Positions 40,127 to 47,516 of a stretch of 64,000 nucleotides of DNA are shown here, one piece after another. The stretch spans positions 95,684 to 159,683 of the IMG/VR virus record IMGVR_UViG_3300032224_000970; one strand, 5' to 3'. Position 1 is the first letter of the stretch; each line of letters starts with the position of its first letter. A model generated the notes under the pieces. The model was given only the letters and a program-made list of their open reading frames with translations, was not told the origin of the DNA and made no database searches. The translations under genes and the position numbers were made by a program. The stretch comes from a virus.

Positions 40127-41019
40127 TGATATTAGTTGATTATAGCCAAGTTGCTCTTAGTGCAATCTTGACCTTCCAGCGTGAGTTGAAAGGAACAGAG
40201 TCTGAAGTAAAGAATCTGATTCGTCATGTCACGCTATCTACACTCAAGTCCTACAAGAAGAAGTATGGCAAAGAGTATGGCGAGTTGGTTATCTGCTGCG
40301 ATGGGCGTAAGTATTGGCGTAGAGAGTTTTTTGAACACTACAAGGCAGGACGTAAGAAAGCACGTGATAAGTCTGATCTTGATTGGGGTTTGATCTTTGA
40401 CACGCTGAACGAAATGCGTCAGGAGATTGCAGAACACTTTCCGTATCGTGTTATTCATGTGGATCGTGCCGAAGCAGATGACATTATCGCAACGATGACT
40501 AAGTGGGCACAGACTAACGATCTGGTGATGGAAGGTTTAGTTGAAGAGCCACAGAAGGTGCTAATCCTTTCATCGGATGGTGACTTCAAACAGCTGCAAC
40601 AACTTGGTGCAGTAAAGCAGTGGTCACCGATGCAGAAGAAGTATGTTGTTGGTACCAAGCAAGAGATTATCGAGAAGAAGATTGAACATATTGTTAAGGG
40701 TGATGCAGGTGATGGTGTGCCGAACATCCTATCAAAAGATGATGTGTTTGTAACTGGAGAAAGACAGAAGCCAGTCAGTGCTAAACGTCTTCAAGAGTTT
40801 TTCGAGAATGGATTTATTGCATGTAAGAATGATGAGGAACGTCGCAACTGGCATCGCAATGCAACGCTGGTAGACTTTGACTTCATCCCAGAAGATGTTC
40901 AACAGTTAATCGTTGACACTTACATAAATAGTAAACCAAAGGGCGATAAGATGTCTGTGATGAATTATCTGATACAGCATCGCTGTCGATTGTTACTTGA
41001 TGAGATTGAGGATTTTTGA
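40126..41019 (+). CDS. rnh: T4-type RNase H (5'-3' exonuclease)
   Basis: YWRR...YKAGR, EADDIIA, SSDGDFKQL, KGDAGDGVPNI. Confidence 0.93.
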   Translation: MILVDYSQVALSAILTFQRELKGTESEVKNLIRHVTLSTLKSYKKKYGKEYGELVICCDGRKYWRREFFEHYKAGRKKARDKSDLDWGLIFDTLNEMRQEIAEHFPYRVIHVDRAEADDIIATMTKWAQTNDLVMEGLVEEPQKVLILSSDGDFKQLQQLGAVKQWSPMQKKYVVGTKQEIIEKKIEHIVKGDAGDGVPNILSKDDVFVTGERQKPVSAKRLQEFFENGFIACKNDEERRNWHRNATLVDFDFIPEDVQQLIVDTYINSKPKGDKMSVMNYLIQHRCRLLLDEIEDF

Positions 41020-41483
41020 TGACAAAATATTTAACTGAAATGCTTGATGAGATGAATGCTGATGCAGCAAATTTTGCAAAGTATCAGTCCTGTGCTGCAC
41101 TAAAATTGTTGCTTGACTATGCTTTTGATCCAGAGAAGAAGTTTGTTCTACCTGATGGGGATCCTCCCTTCAAACCAGATCCTGGACCACTGGGTATGAG
41201 TCCTGCTAACTTGCTTATGGAAGTTAAACGATTCTATGTGTTCTGCAGGAAAGATCTGAAGCCAATTAAACGTGAGTCTCTGTTTGTGCAGTTGCTTGAG
41301 AACATTCATCCAACTGAAGCGAAGCTGATGCTACATGTAAAAGATCAAACAATACCAAAGTTGTATCCGAAGTTGACACATAAAGTTCTATTCGATGCTG
41401 GATTTATTACTATTGAGCCAGTTGCAAAGGTAGGGAAATCTGCAAAAAAGGCAGAGACTCAGCCAGCTGGAGTGAGTCCATAG
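41019..41483 (+). CDS. conserved T4-like phage protein
   Basis: LPDGDPPF...KRESLFVQLLENIHPTEA. Confidence 0.7.
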   Translation: MTKYLTEMLDEMNADAANFAKYQSCAALKLLLDYAFDPEKKFVLPDGDPPFKPDPGPLGMSPANLLMEVKRFYVFCRKDLKPIKRESLFVQLLENIHPTEAKLMLHVKDQTIPKLYPKLTHKVLFDAGFITIEPVAKVGKSAKKAETQPAGVSP

Positions 41484-41538
41484 TCCGCAAGACTGTGCCT
41501 GAGTCCTGGAGAGCGAGAATCTTGCGGAAAATTAGTGC

Positions 41539-41567
41539 TTTACTTTAATTCAGAAGTAGAGTATAAT
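41539..41567 (+). promoter_or_regulatory. early promoter
   Basis: TTTACT-17-TATAAT. Confidence 0.8.
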
Positions 41568-41598
41568 TGTCTTACGGTGATTGAAAAGGAGAACCGAG

Positions 41599-41916
41599 AT
41601 GAAGAAAATTCTTGCAAGTTTAGTTGTGGCGATGAGTATTGCTACTCCAGCTATGGCTCATGGTCATGGTGGTGGTAATCAATGGATCCCGTTTGGTGTT
41701 GGTATAGTTCTTGGTAATGCAATTGCAGCACGACCAGCATACGTTTACCAACAAGTGCCACCTCCGCAAGTAATTTATACACAGCCCCAAACTGTTTATG
41801 TATATCCTACGCAAGCACCAGTTATGCCCAGTGCACAATTTGGTCAGGTGTGTGAGTTGAAGAGTGAGATGATTAATGGTCAGATTGTAACAGGTAACTT
41901 CTGTTATCAACGATAA
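41599..41916 (+). CDS. exported Pro/Gln-rich protein
   Basis: signal peptide ending AMA, AGGAG SD. Confidence 0.6.
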   Translation: MKKILASLVVAMSIATPAMAHGHGGGNQWIPFGVGIVLGNAIAARPAYVYQQVPPPQVIYTQPQTVYVYPTQAPVMPSAQFGQVCELKSEMINGQIVTGNFCYQR

Positions 41917-41944
41917 ATTTTAATTTTTGTTATGGAGTTTTGAT

Positions 41945-42427
41945 ATGCCAAATTGGTGCGACAATAGCGTCCGACTATCTCATTCGGACAAATCCAAAGT
42001 CGATGCATTGCTTGCTGCACTCGAGAGTGAAGACAAGGCAGTTTTCCAACACCTGCGTCCTAATCCTAGTGGAGAATGGGACTATGGTTGGTCGGTTGAA
42101 AATTGGGGAACTAAGTGGGAGATCAGTGTAGTTGACTGGGATCGTGAAAGCGATAACACAATTTGGATTGGTTTCGAAACTGCATGGGCACCACCGATTG
42201 CTTTGTATGATTATCTGCATGCAGAGGGTTGGGAAATAGAAGGTTTGTATCATGAGCCTGGAATGGCATATGCTGGTATCTACAAAGATGGTGAGGATGA
42301 CTACTACGAGTATGACTTCAGCGATCTAGAATCACTGGAAGCACTACCCGAAGATGTGCAAGAGTTTACTGGTTTAATTGACTACTATCATGACCAAGAA
42401 GCAGAACGTGAATCGGAGTCTAAATGA
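41945..42427 (+). CDS. YubB/DUF1281-like ferredoxin-fold protein
   Basis: MPNWCDN, NWGTKW, FETAWAPP, EPGM. Confidence 0.75.
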   Translation: MPNWCDNSVRLSHSDKSKVDALLAALESEDKAVFQHLRPNPSGEWDYGWSVENWGTKWEISVVDWDRESDNTIWIGFETAWAPPIALYDYLHAEGWEIEGLYHEPGMAYAGIYKDGEDDYYEYDFSDLESLEALPEDVQEFTGLIDYYHDQEAERESESK

Positions 42428-42642
42428 GCATGACAGACAAAGAACTAGAACGATTCTCTTATGAGGTCGATGATGTTCTGATTGATATGGCGAATAAGTA
42501 TGACACTAATGCATTGACGCTGTCAGCTGTCATTCTTGCAAGACTGGCTCTTTTGAATCATCAGGCTGGAACGACACCAGATTTTGTTGCACTGATGACT
42601 GACATCGTTGCGCCAAAGTTGGATAAAGAACAGGTACACTGA
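42424..42642 (+). CDS. hypothetical protein
   Basis: GGAG SD. Confidence 0.5.
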   Translation: MSMTDKELERFSYEVDDVLIDMANKYDTNALTLSAVILARLALLNHQAGTTPDFVALMTDIVAPKLDKEQVH

Positions 42643-42754
42643 TGCAGTTGCAAACTAAACTCAAGATAGAGAATTTCTTGAATCGCATTCAACGCAATTT
42701 TACATTGATGGAGTGGGCAGTGATGATTATGGTTGTAACATGGTTGATATTTCT

Positions 42755-43267
42755 ATGAAGCAGAAGTGGATTGATGCATTTATGGATACAGCTGAGAGGT
42801 TTGCTCAGCTGTCCTCAGCAAGACGATTGCATGTTGGTGCAATCGTTGTAAAGGATGATCGTATCATCTCGATTGGTTACAATGGTATGCCATCGGGTTG
42901 GGACAACAACTGTGAAGATAAGATTTATGTTGATTCATCGCTAGAAGAATCAATGTTATATCAAAGCAAGGTAGATGTTTATCTTGATGTGAATAAAAAA
43001 TTATATGAATTAAAATCTAAACCAGAGGTGCTTCATGCTGAAACAAATGCGATTGCGAAACTTGCTAAGTCTAACGAATCTGGTATGGGTGCTACTATGT
43101 TTATTACCCATGCTCCATGTCTGGACTGTGCCAAACTTATCTACCAAAGTGGTATTAGCAGTGTTCTATATCGGAACTCTTATCGCAATACTGATGGTAT
43201 CGACTTTTTGCAAAAATGTAACATCGAAGTAAAAAATACTTTACTAAAATCAAAAACTGAGGTATAA
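42755..43267 (+). CDS. cd: dCMP deaminase
   Basis: GYNG, HAETNAI, PCLDC zinc motifs. Confidence 0.93.
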   Translation: MKQKWIDAFMDTAERFAQLSSARRLHVGAIVVKDDRIISIGYNGMPSGWDNNCEDKIYVDSSLEESMLYQSKVDVYLDVNKKLYELKSKPEVLHAETNAIAKLAKSNESGMGATMFITHAPCLDCAKLIYQSGISSVLYRNSYRNTDGIDFLQKCNIEVKNTLLKSKTEV

Positions 43268-43279
43268 TTTACCTAAATA
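43240..43279 (+). promoter_or_regulatory. upstream sigma70 promoter plus late-promoter-like CTAAATA
   Basis: TTTACT-17-TATAAT (43240-43268); CTAAATA 43273-43279. Confidence 0.65.
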
Positions 43280-43299
43280 AATAACTGGTCTGAAAAGAC

Positions 43300-43328
43300 T
43301 TTACTTTAATTCAAAGGTGTAGTAAAAT
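43300..43328 (+). promoter_or_regulatory. promoter of tRNA-array leader
   Basis: TTTACT-17-TAAAAT; predicted +1 falls at leader ATG 43335. Confidence 0.8.
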
Positions 43329-43334
43329 TCTACT

Positions 43335-43451
43335 ATGAAAACAAACTGTATATCCGTGTTAAGAAAGCATCTCCCACTTAATAGTGGCTGGTCAGTAACA
43401 CGCCCACAGTTTGCAGCCATTGAGTATGATAGTGAGGGTTTTGGCAAGTGA
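43335..43451 (+). CDS. attenuator leader peptide, 38 aa, containing all 20 amino acids (not in ORF track)
   Basis: MKTNCISVLRKHLPLNSGWSVTRPQFAAIEYDSEGFGK*; 3' end forms the antiterminator arm. Confidence 0.75.
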   Translation: MKTNCISVLRKHLPLNSGWSVTRPQFAAIEYDSEGFGK

Positions 43452-43482
43452 AGTAAATTCAAGTTTACTTACCAAAACCCTC
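43434..43482 (+). promoter_or_regulatory. antiterminator hairpin
   Basis: 43434-43452 pairs with 43464-43482 (19 positions, 1 mismatch, 1 G-U), sequestering the terminator 5' arm. Confidence 0.8.
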
Positions 43483-43512
43483 TGAGATGAAAGTCCAGAG
43501 GGTTTTTGTTTT
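43474..43512 (+). terminator. attenuator intrinsic terminator
   Basis: AAAACCCTCTG / CAGAGGGTTTT stem followed by TGTTTT. Confidence 0.85.
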
Positions 43513-43534
43513 ATGGCCATCGTGCCAGAAATAT

Positions 43535-43550
43535 TGTTCTTTTACAATTT
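43535..43550 (+). promoter_or_regulatory. rrn-type boxA antitermination element
   Basis: TGTTCTTTTACAATTT vs E. coli rrn TGCTCTTTAACAATTT; small hairpin TGGC/GCCA just upstream. Confidence 0.65.
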
Positions 43551-43560
43551 GGGATTCTGT

Positions 43561-43634
43561 TGGGGATTTGTGTAGTGGTAGCACAGCAGACTTTGACTCT
43601 GTTAGTACAAGTTCGATTCTTGTATCCCCTGCCA
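43561..43634 (+). tRNA. tRNA-Gln(TTG)
   Basis: cloverleaf, loop CTTTGAC, encoded CCA. Confidence 0.9.
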
Positions 43635-43679
43635 AACAAATGCGCATTTGCGTAGAGGTAGTGCTCATCTGTTTGGTAT

Positions 43680-43755
43680 GGTGTCTATAGTGTAGTGGTC
43701 TGCACTCCATGCTGTGAACGTGGAAGTATGAGTTCGATCCTCATTAGACACCCCA
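43680..43755 (+). tRNA. tRNA-His(GTG)
   Basis: G-1:C73, loop CTGTGAA, CCA. Confidence 0.9.
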
Positions 43756-43757
43756 AT

Positions 43758-43833
43758 GCTGCTTTAGCTGATGTGGTCATAGCACTGGTCTGAAGAACCA
43801 AGGAACGTGGTTCGATCCCACGAGGCAGCACCA
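43758..43833 (+). tRNA. tRNA-Phe(GAA)
   Basis: loop CTGAAGA, CCA. Confidence 0.9.
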
Positions 43834-43840
43834 AGAATTT

Positions 43841-43914
43841 CCTTTCGTAGCTCAAAGGTAGAGCACTCGGCTGATAACCGAGAGACATAGGATCGTTACC
43901 TGTCGAAAGGACCA
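43841..43914 (+). tRNA. tRNA-Ile(GAT)
   Basis: loop CTGATAA; atypical T-loop ATCGTTA; CCA. Confidence 0.88.
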
Positions 43915-43919
43915 AGTTT

Positions 43920-43994
43920 ACCCGATTGGTGAAATGAATATCACACAGTGCTACGAACGCTGGGTTGGGAGTTTGATTCTCTCATTGGGTGCCA
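43920..43994 (+). tRNA. tRNA-Arg(ACG)
   Basis: loop CTACGAA, CCA. Confidence 0.85.
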
Positions 43995-44000
43995 AGTTAA

Positions 44001-44090
44001 GGAAGTGTGGCAGAGTCTGGTTTATTGCACCTGTCTTGAAAACAGACGATCCGAAAGGATCCGTGAGTTCGAATCTCACCGCTTCCGCCA
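44001..44090 (+). tRNA. tRNA-Ser(TGA)
   Basis: long variable arm, loop CTTGAAA, CCA. Confidence 0.92.
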
Positions 44091-44113
44091 ATTTTTTATG
44101 AAAGGAGTTGTAT

Positions 44114-44695
44114 ATGCCAAGTGTATTCTTAGTAAGCGATACGCACTTCGGGCACGCTGGTGTATGCAGATTCACTCGTGACGATGGTGAGAAGTTAAGA
44201 CCATGGACTGATCCAGATGAAATGGATGAGGAAATGGTAAAGCGATGGAACGAAACTGTGAAGCCAACTGATAAAGTTTATCATCTTGGTGACGTAGTGA
44301 TCAATCGTAAAGCATTGAAGATTATGCATCGTTTGAATGGTGACAAAGTTTTGATTCGTGGTAACCATGATATCTTTAAGGATGATGACTACCGTGAACA
44401 CTTTCGTGAGTTACGTGCATATCATGTGATGAATGGAATGATCTTAAGCCACATACCGATTCATACAGAATCGTTAGGTAGGTTCGGTGTGAACATTCAT
44501 GGTCACTTACACAGTAATCGTGTAATGTTACCTGGATTTGGTGGCAAGATTACTGACATTGTTGATGCACGATACCACTGTGTCTGTGTCGAACAAACAG
44601 ACTTTCGTCCTATCTTATTTGAAGATGTGATCAAACGCATCAAAGAAGAAGGTGGTGAGGTAGGTTTTAAGAATGGTAATGGACCAACGATGTAA
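44114..44695 (+). CDS. calcineurin-like metallophosphoesterase
   Basis: SDTHFGH, HLGD, GNHD, HGHLH; AAGGAG SD. Confidence 0.88.
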   Translation: MPSVFLVSDTHFGHAGVCRFTRDDGEKLRPWTDPDEMDEEMVKRWNETVKPTDKVYHLGDVVINRKALKIMHRLNGDKVLIRGNHDIFKDDDYREHFRELRAYHVMNGMILSHIPIHTESLGRFGVNIHGHLHSNRVMLPGFGGKITDIVDARYHCVCVEQTDFRPILFEDVIKRIKEEGGEVGFKNGNGPTM

Positions 44696-44700
44696 GGATT

Positions 44701-44792
44701 GGAAGGTTGGATGAGTGGCTGAAATCAGCAGTTTGCTAAACTGTCGTTCATAGAAATATGAACCATGGGTTCGAATCCCATACCTTCCTCCA
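44701..44792 (+). tRNA. tRNA-Ser(GCT)
   Basis: long variable arm, loop TTGCTAA, CCA. Confidence 0.88.
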
Positions 44793-44796
44793 AGAT

Positions 44797-44874
44797 GCCC
44801 TTGTACGCAAATTGGAAAAGTGGCTCTCCTCAAAAGGGAGTATTCTGTCGGTTCGAGTCCGACCAAGGGTACCA
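44797..44874 (+). tRNA. tRNA-Leu(CAA), short variable region
   Basis: loop CTCAAAA, ACCA. Confidence 0.85.
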
Positions 44875-44882
44875 AAGAATTT

Positions 44883-44959
44883 GCGGATGTGATGGAATTG
44901 GTATACATATCGGACTTAAAATCCGAGTTCTGTGGGTTCGAGTCCCACCTTCCGCACCA
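44883..44959 (+). tRNA. tRNA-Leu(TAA), short variable region
   Basis: loop CTTAAAA, ACCA. Confidence 0.88.
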
Positions 44960-44966
44960 AGTTTAT

Positions 44967-45041
44967 ACGGCTATCGTTCAATGGATAGGACAGCATTCTT
45001 CTAAAGTGCGAATGAGGGTTCGATTCCTTCTAGCCGTGCCA
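44967..45041 (+). tRNA. tRNA-Arg(TCT)
   Basis: loop CTTCTAA, CCA. Confidence 0.88.
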
Positions 45042-45047
45042 ATGTTA

Positions 45048-45122
45048 GGGCTGGTAGCTTAATGGTAAAGCAGTCGACTCATAATCGATTGAGTGGGAGT
45101 TCAATTCTCTCTCAGCCCACCA
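45048..45122 (+). tRNA. tRNA(CAT), probably Ile2
   Basis: GGGCT acceptor, GACTCATAATC anticodon arm typical of Ile2. Confidence 0.8.
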
Positions 45123-45151
45123 TTGACTTGTAAGATTGTTTGAGGTATAAT
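45123..45151 (+). promoter_or_regulatory. internal sigma70 promoter
   Basis: TTGACT-17-TATAAT. Confidence 0.75.
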
Positions 45152-45160
45152 AGAGTAAAT

Positions 45161-45222
45161 GCGAGTGTGGTGGAATGGTATACACATCAGACTTAAAATC
45201 TGACGCTTAATTGATTGAGGGT
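45161..45222 (+). pseudogene. 3'-truncated tRNA-Leu(TAA)
   Basis: 5' acceptor strand, D arm, TCAGA-CTTAAAA-TCTGA arm and 5' T-stem present; T-loop, 3' acceptor strand and CCA missing. Confidence 0.8.
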
Positions 45223-45229
45223 GGATGAT

Positions 45230-45790
45230 ATGAAAGAGTTAAAAGATTTTATATTGATTTATGATAAAGTTTTGCCAGAAGATGTTTGTAAAGCATCGGT
45301 GGAAGATCTAGAAAATAGAAGTTGGGAGCAGCATTTGTTTTATGAAAGTAAGACAAATACGTATGCAGAAACTATTGATGACTGCGATATCTATTCAGAA
45401 CAAATTGTTACTGGACAGATTATTGCTCAAGCAACAGGTGCTGTGCTACATGATTATGTTAAGAAATTAAATTCTAATTACTTTAACGAGTTGCAGAAAT
45501 TTAGTAACATTACATATCATAGGTACAGAGATGGAAAGCAGATGGTTGAACACTGCGACCATATCCATGCCTTATTCAAAGGTAGTGCAGATAAAGGCAT
45601 ACCAATACTATCTGTTGTTGGTGTGTTGAATGATGGGTATGTTGGTGGAGAATTTGTAATGTTCGATGACTATGAGATTAAACTCGGTGCTGGAGACATT
45701 ATAGTATTTCCTTCTGTGTTCTTGTTTCCACATCGAATTAATAGAGTTACTGAAGGGACAAGATATTCTTTTGTTTCTTGGGCATGGTAA
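45230..45790 (+). CDS. prolyl-4-hydroxylase-like 2OG-Fe(II) oxygenase
   Basis: HCD, YVGGEF, FPSVFLFPH, GTRYSFVSW. Confidence 0.85.
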   Translation: MKELKDFILIYDKVLPEDVCKASVEDLENRSWEQHLFYESKTNTYAETIDDCDIYSEQIVTGQIIAQATGAVLHDYVKKLNSNYFNELQKFSNITYHRYRDGKQMVEHCDHIHALFKGSADKGIPILSVVGVLNDGYVGGEFVMFDDYEIKLGAGDIIVFPSVFLFPHRINRVTEGTRYSFVSWAW

Positions 45791-45791
45791 T

Positions 45792-45865
45792 GTGAGTGGA
45801 GCCAGTTGGACGGGCACTGGATTGCAAACCCATGGAAGTAGGTTCGATTCCTATCACTCACTCCA
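45792..45865 (+). tRNA. tRNA-Cys(GCA), imperfect anticodon stem
   Basis: GTGAGTG/CACTCAC acceptor, U73, loop TTGCAAA. Confidence 0.75.
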
Positions 45866-45891
45866 GAAAACGAAAGGTTTACATTATGAAT

Positions 45892-45955
45892 AACCCTACA
45901 GAGCGTAGGGGATTGAAAGAAAGTGCTTTACTTTAATTCAGCCTTCAGGCATAAT
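45892..45955 (+). promoter_or_regulatory. hairpin + early promoter cassette
   Basis: CCCTAC/GTAGGG then TTTACT-17-CATAAT. Confidence 0.75.
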
Positions 45956-45985
45956 TATACTATGTTGATTATGAAAGGAACTGAA

Positions 45986-46228
45986 ATGACTGAATTTGAA
46001 AAGAACTGCTACGGTATGAGCCAAGACGACATTCGTGAAGAATATATGAATTCTCTGACTGCTCGCCTGAGTGGTTTGGAAATGGTTGCGATGGGTGTGT
46101 TGTCTGATGCGCAAGAGTTGATGTCTTTTGGCAATGCTCAAGCGATGGATCAGTCCCGTAAAAACATCAACATCGCTAAGTTCATTCTTAGCGAAATGAT
46201 GGAAGCAAGAATGAAAGAAGTAGCGTAA
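45986..46228 (+). CDS. hypothetical protein
   Basis: AAGGA SD; CYGMS...LSDAQE...INIAKF. Confidence 0.65.
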   Translation: MTEFEKNCYGMSQDDIREEYMNSLTARLSGLEMVAMGVLSDAQELMSFGNAQAMDQSRKNINIAKFILSEMMEARMKEVA

Positions 46229-46236
46229 TAAATTAC

Positions 46237-46265
46237 TTTACTTTTATCAAGTGATGCGGTATAAT
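46237..46265 (+). promoter_or_regulatory. internal promoter of second tRNA block
   Basis: TTTACT-17-TATAAT. Confidence 0.8.
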
Positions 46266-46281
46266 AGCTGTATTGCTTGAT

Positions 46282-46297
46282 CGCTCTTTAAAAATTT
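46282..46297 (+). promoter_or_regulatory. rrn-type boxA element
   Basis: CGCTCTTTAAAAATTT between promoter and tRNA-Glu. Confidence 0.7.
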
Positions 46298-46312
46298 GTT
46301 GGTATTAAATTT

Positions 46313-46388
46313 GCTCGGTTCGTCTATCGGCTAGGACACTGCCCTTTCACGGCAGGAAGGAGGGGTTCGATTCCCCCACCGAGTACCA
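46313..46388 (+). tRNA. tRNA-Glu(TTC)
   Basis: loop CTTTCAC, CCA. Confidence 0.92.
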
Positions 46389-46389
46389 G

Positions 46390-46604
46390 ATTTAATTGTA
46401 TTGGGTTACCAAGCCAGTAGGTAACTTAGGAGAGAATAATCAGTAGCCGTACTGACTCTCGCTAAGTTACAAGAAACCTTGAGATAGTATCAGGAGGACG
46501 CTGGAACAACTTGGCACGTAATGTGATTGATGACCAGTCGTAGGACGACTACGTGGTTAACCATCGGATGGTGGTTGTCAGCAATCATCCCAGTATAATT
46601 AAAT
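46390..46604 (+). ncRNA. putative structured RNA (~215 nt)
   Basis: closing stem TTTAATTGTATTGGG/CCCAGTATAATTAAA with nested internal helices. Confidence 0.65.
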
Positions 46605-46608
46605 GTGG

Positions 46609-46757
46609 TATTAGTTTAGTGTTATCAAGGTATCGTTATAGGACGCTATGACTACTCGACAGTTAGGGTGCGACTGAAACTGTCTGATATAACTGCCACT
46701 CGCTTGTCAGTGCTAGCTACATTGTTGACAAATAGGCACGATAACACTAAACTAATA
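46609..46757 (+). ncRNA. putative structured RNA (~150 nt)
   Basis: perfect 18-bp closing stem TATTAGTTTAGTGTTATC/GATAACACTAAACTAATA. Confidence 0.65.
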
Positions 46758-46761
46758 TTAT

Positions 46762-46854
46762 GGAGGTATTGTAGATATGGCGTGTTCTGCAGCGGACTGT
46801 AAATCCGTTCCCTCGTGGTAAACATTGTTGGTTCGACTCCAACTACCTCCACCA
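46762..46854 (+). tRNA. tRNA-Tyr(GTA)
   Basis: loop CTGTAAA, long variable arm, atypical D arm, ACCA. Confidence 0.85.
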
Positions 46855-46980
46855 TATTCGGCAACTTCGGTTGCTGCCGATCCAGCTAAAGGTGCTGGCG
46901 TGTCATTCGGTGTATCACCTAGATATACTTTCGGTATCCACGAAGAGATACGGCTAAAGTTCGTAATGCCAACGATTTTT

Positions 46981-47055
46981 GGTTTGTAAGTGTTCATGGA
47001 CGCACGTATGCCTGTCACGCATAAAGAAGGGGATCGTTACCCCTACAGACCGCCA
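46981..47055 (+). tRNA. tRNA-Asp(GTC)
   Basis: loop CTGTCAC, G73, atypical T-loop ATCGTTA. Confidence 0.85.
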
Positions 47056-47080
47056 AGTTATTGTTGTGAAGGAAAAGAAA

Positions 47081-47434
47081 ATGAATATAAATGATATGGT
47101 TGGTAAAGTGTTCACTTCGGTGACACAAGATGGTTATGAGATGGTGTTTAAGAATGAAACTGAAACATTCAAATTCTATCACTATCAAGATTGTTGTGAG
47201 TCTGTTACTATCGATGACATCGTTGGTGACTTGTCTGACTTAGAAGATGCACCACTGTTGATTGCTGAAGAAGTTTCTGGTGAAGCACCTGTGTTGGATG
47301 ATGAATATCATGAGTGCGTTGAGTGGACATTCTACAAATTCGCAACTCGTAAAGGTTATGTTGATGTGCGTTGGTTTGGTGAGTCTAATGGCTACTACTC
47401 AACTAGCGTTGATTTGGAATATGAATTAGTATAG
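47081..47434 (+). CDS. conserved phage protein
   Basis: YHYQDCCESV...WTFY...GESNGYYS. Confidence 0.75.
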   Translation: MNINDMVGKVFTSVTQDGYEMVFKNETETFKFYHYQDCCESVTIDDIVGDLSDLEDAPLLIAEEVSGEAPVLDDEYHECVEWTFYKFATRKGYVDVRWFGESNGYYSTSVDLEYELV

Positions 47435-47439
47435 TATAT

Positions 47440-47514
47440 TGCGGGAAGGTCAAGTTGACCCGAATGGTCTCATAAGCCATATCGAGGGTGGAGCGTTACC
47501 ACCTCCCGCTACCA
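47440..47514 (+). tRNA. tRNA-Met(CAT), initiator-like, atypical
   Basis: unpaired 1:72, (T)GCGGG acceptor, loop CTCATAA, T-loop AGCGTTA. Confidence 0.75.
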
Positions 47515-47516
47515 AA

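Noticed and set aside
43465-45062. Several 65-97 aa ORFs overlapping tRNA genes
   Set aside because: Chance frames across tRNA cloverleaves
45161-45865. Intron-split tRNA-Leu
   Set aside because: No matching 3' half (...CACTCGC-ACCA) follows; the downstream CACTCAC pairs with tRNA-Cys's own 5' strand, and no intron core is visible
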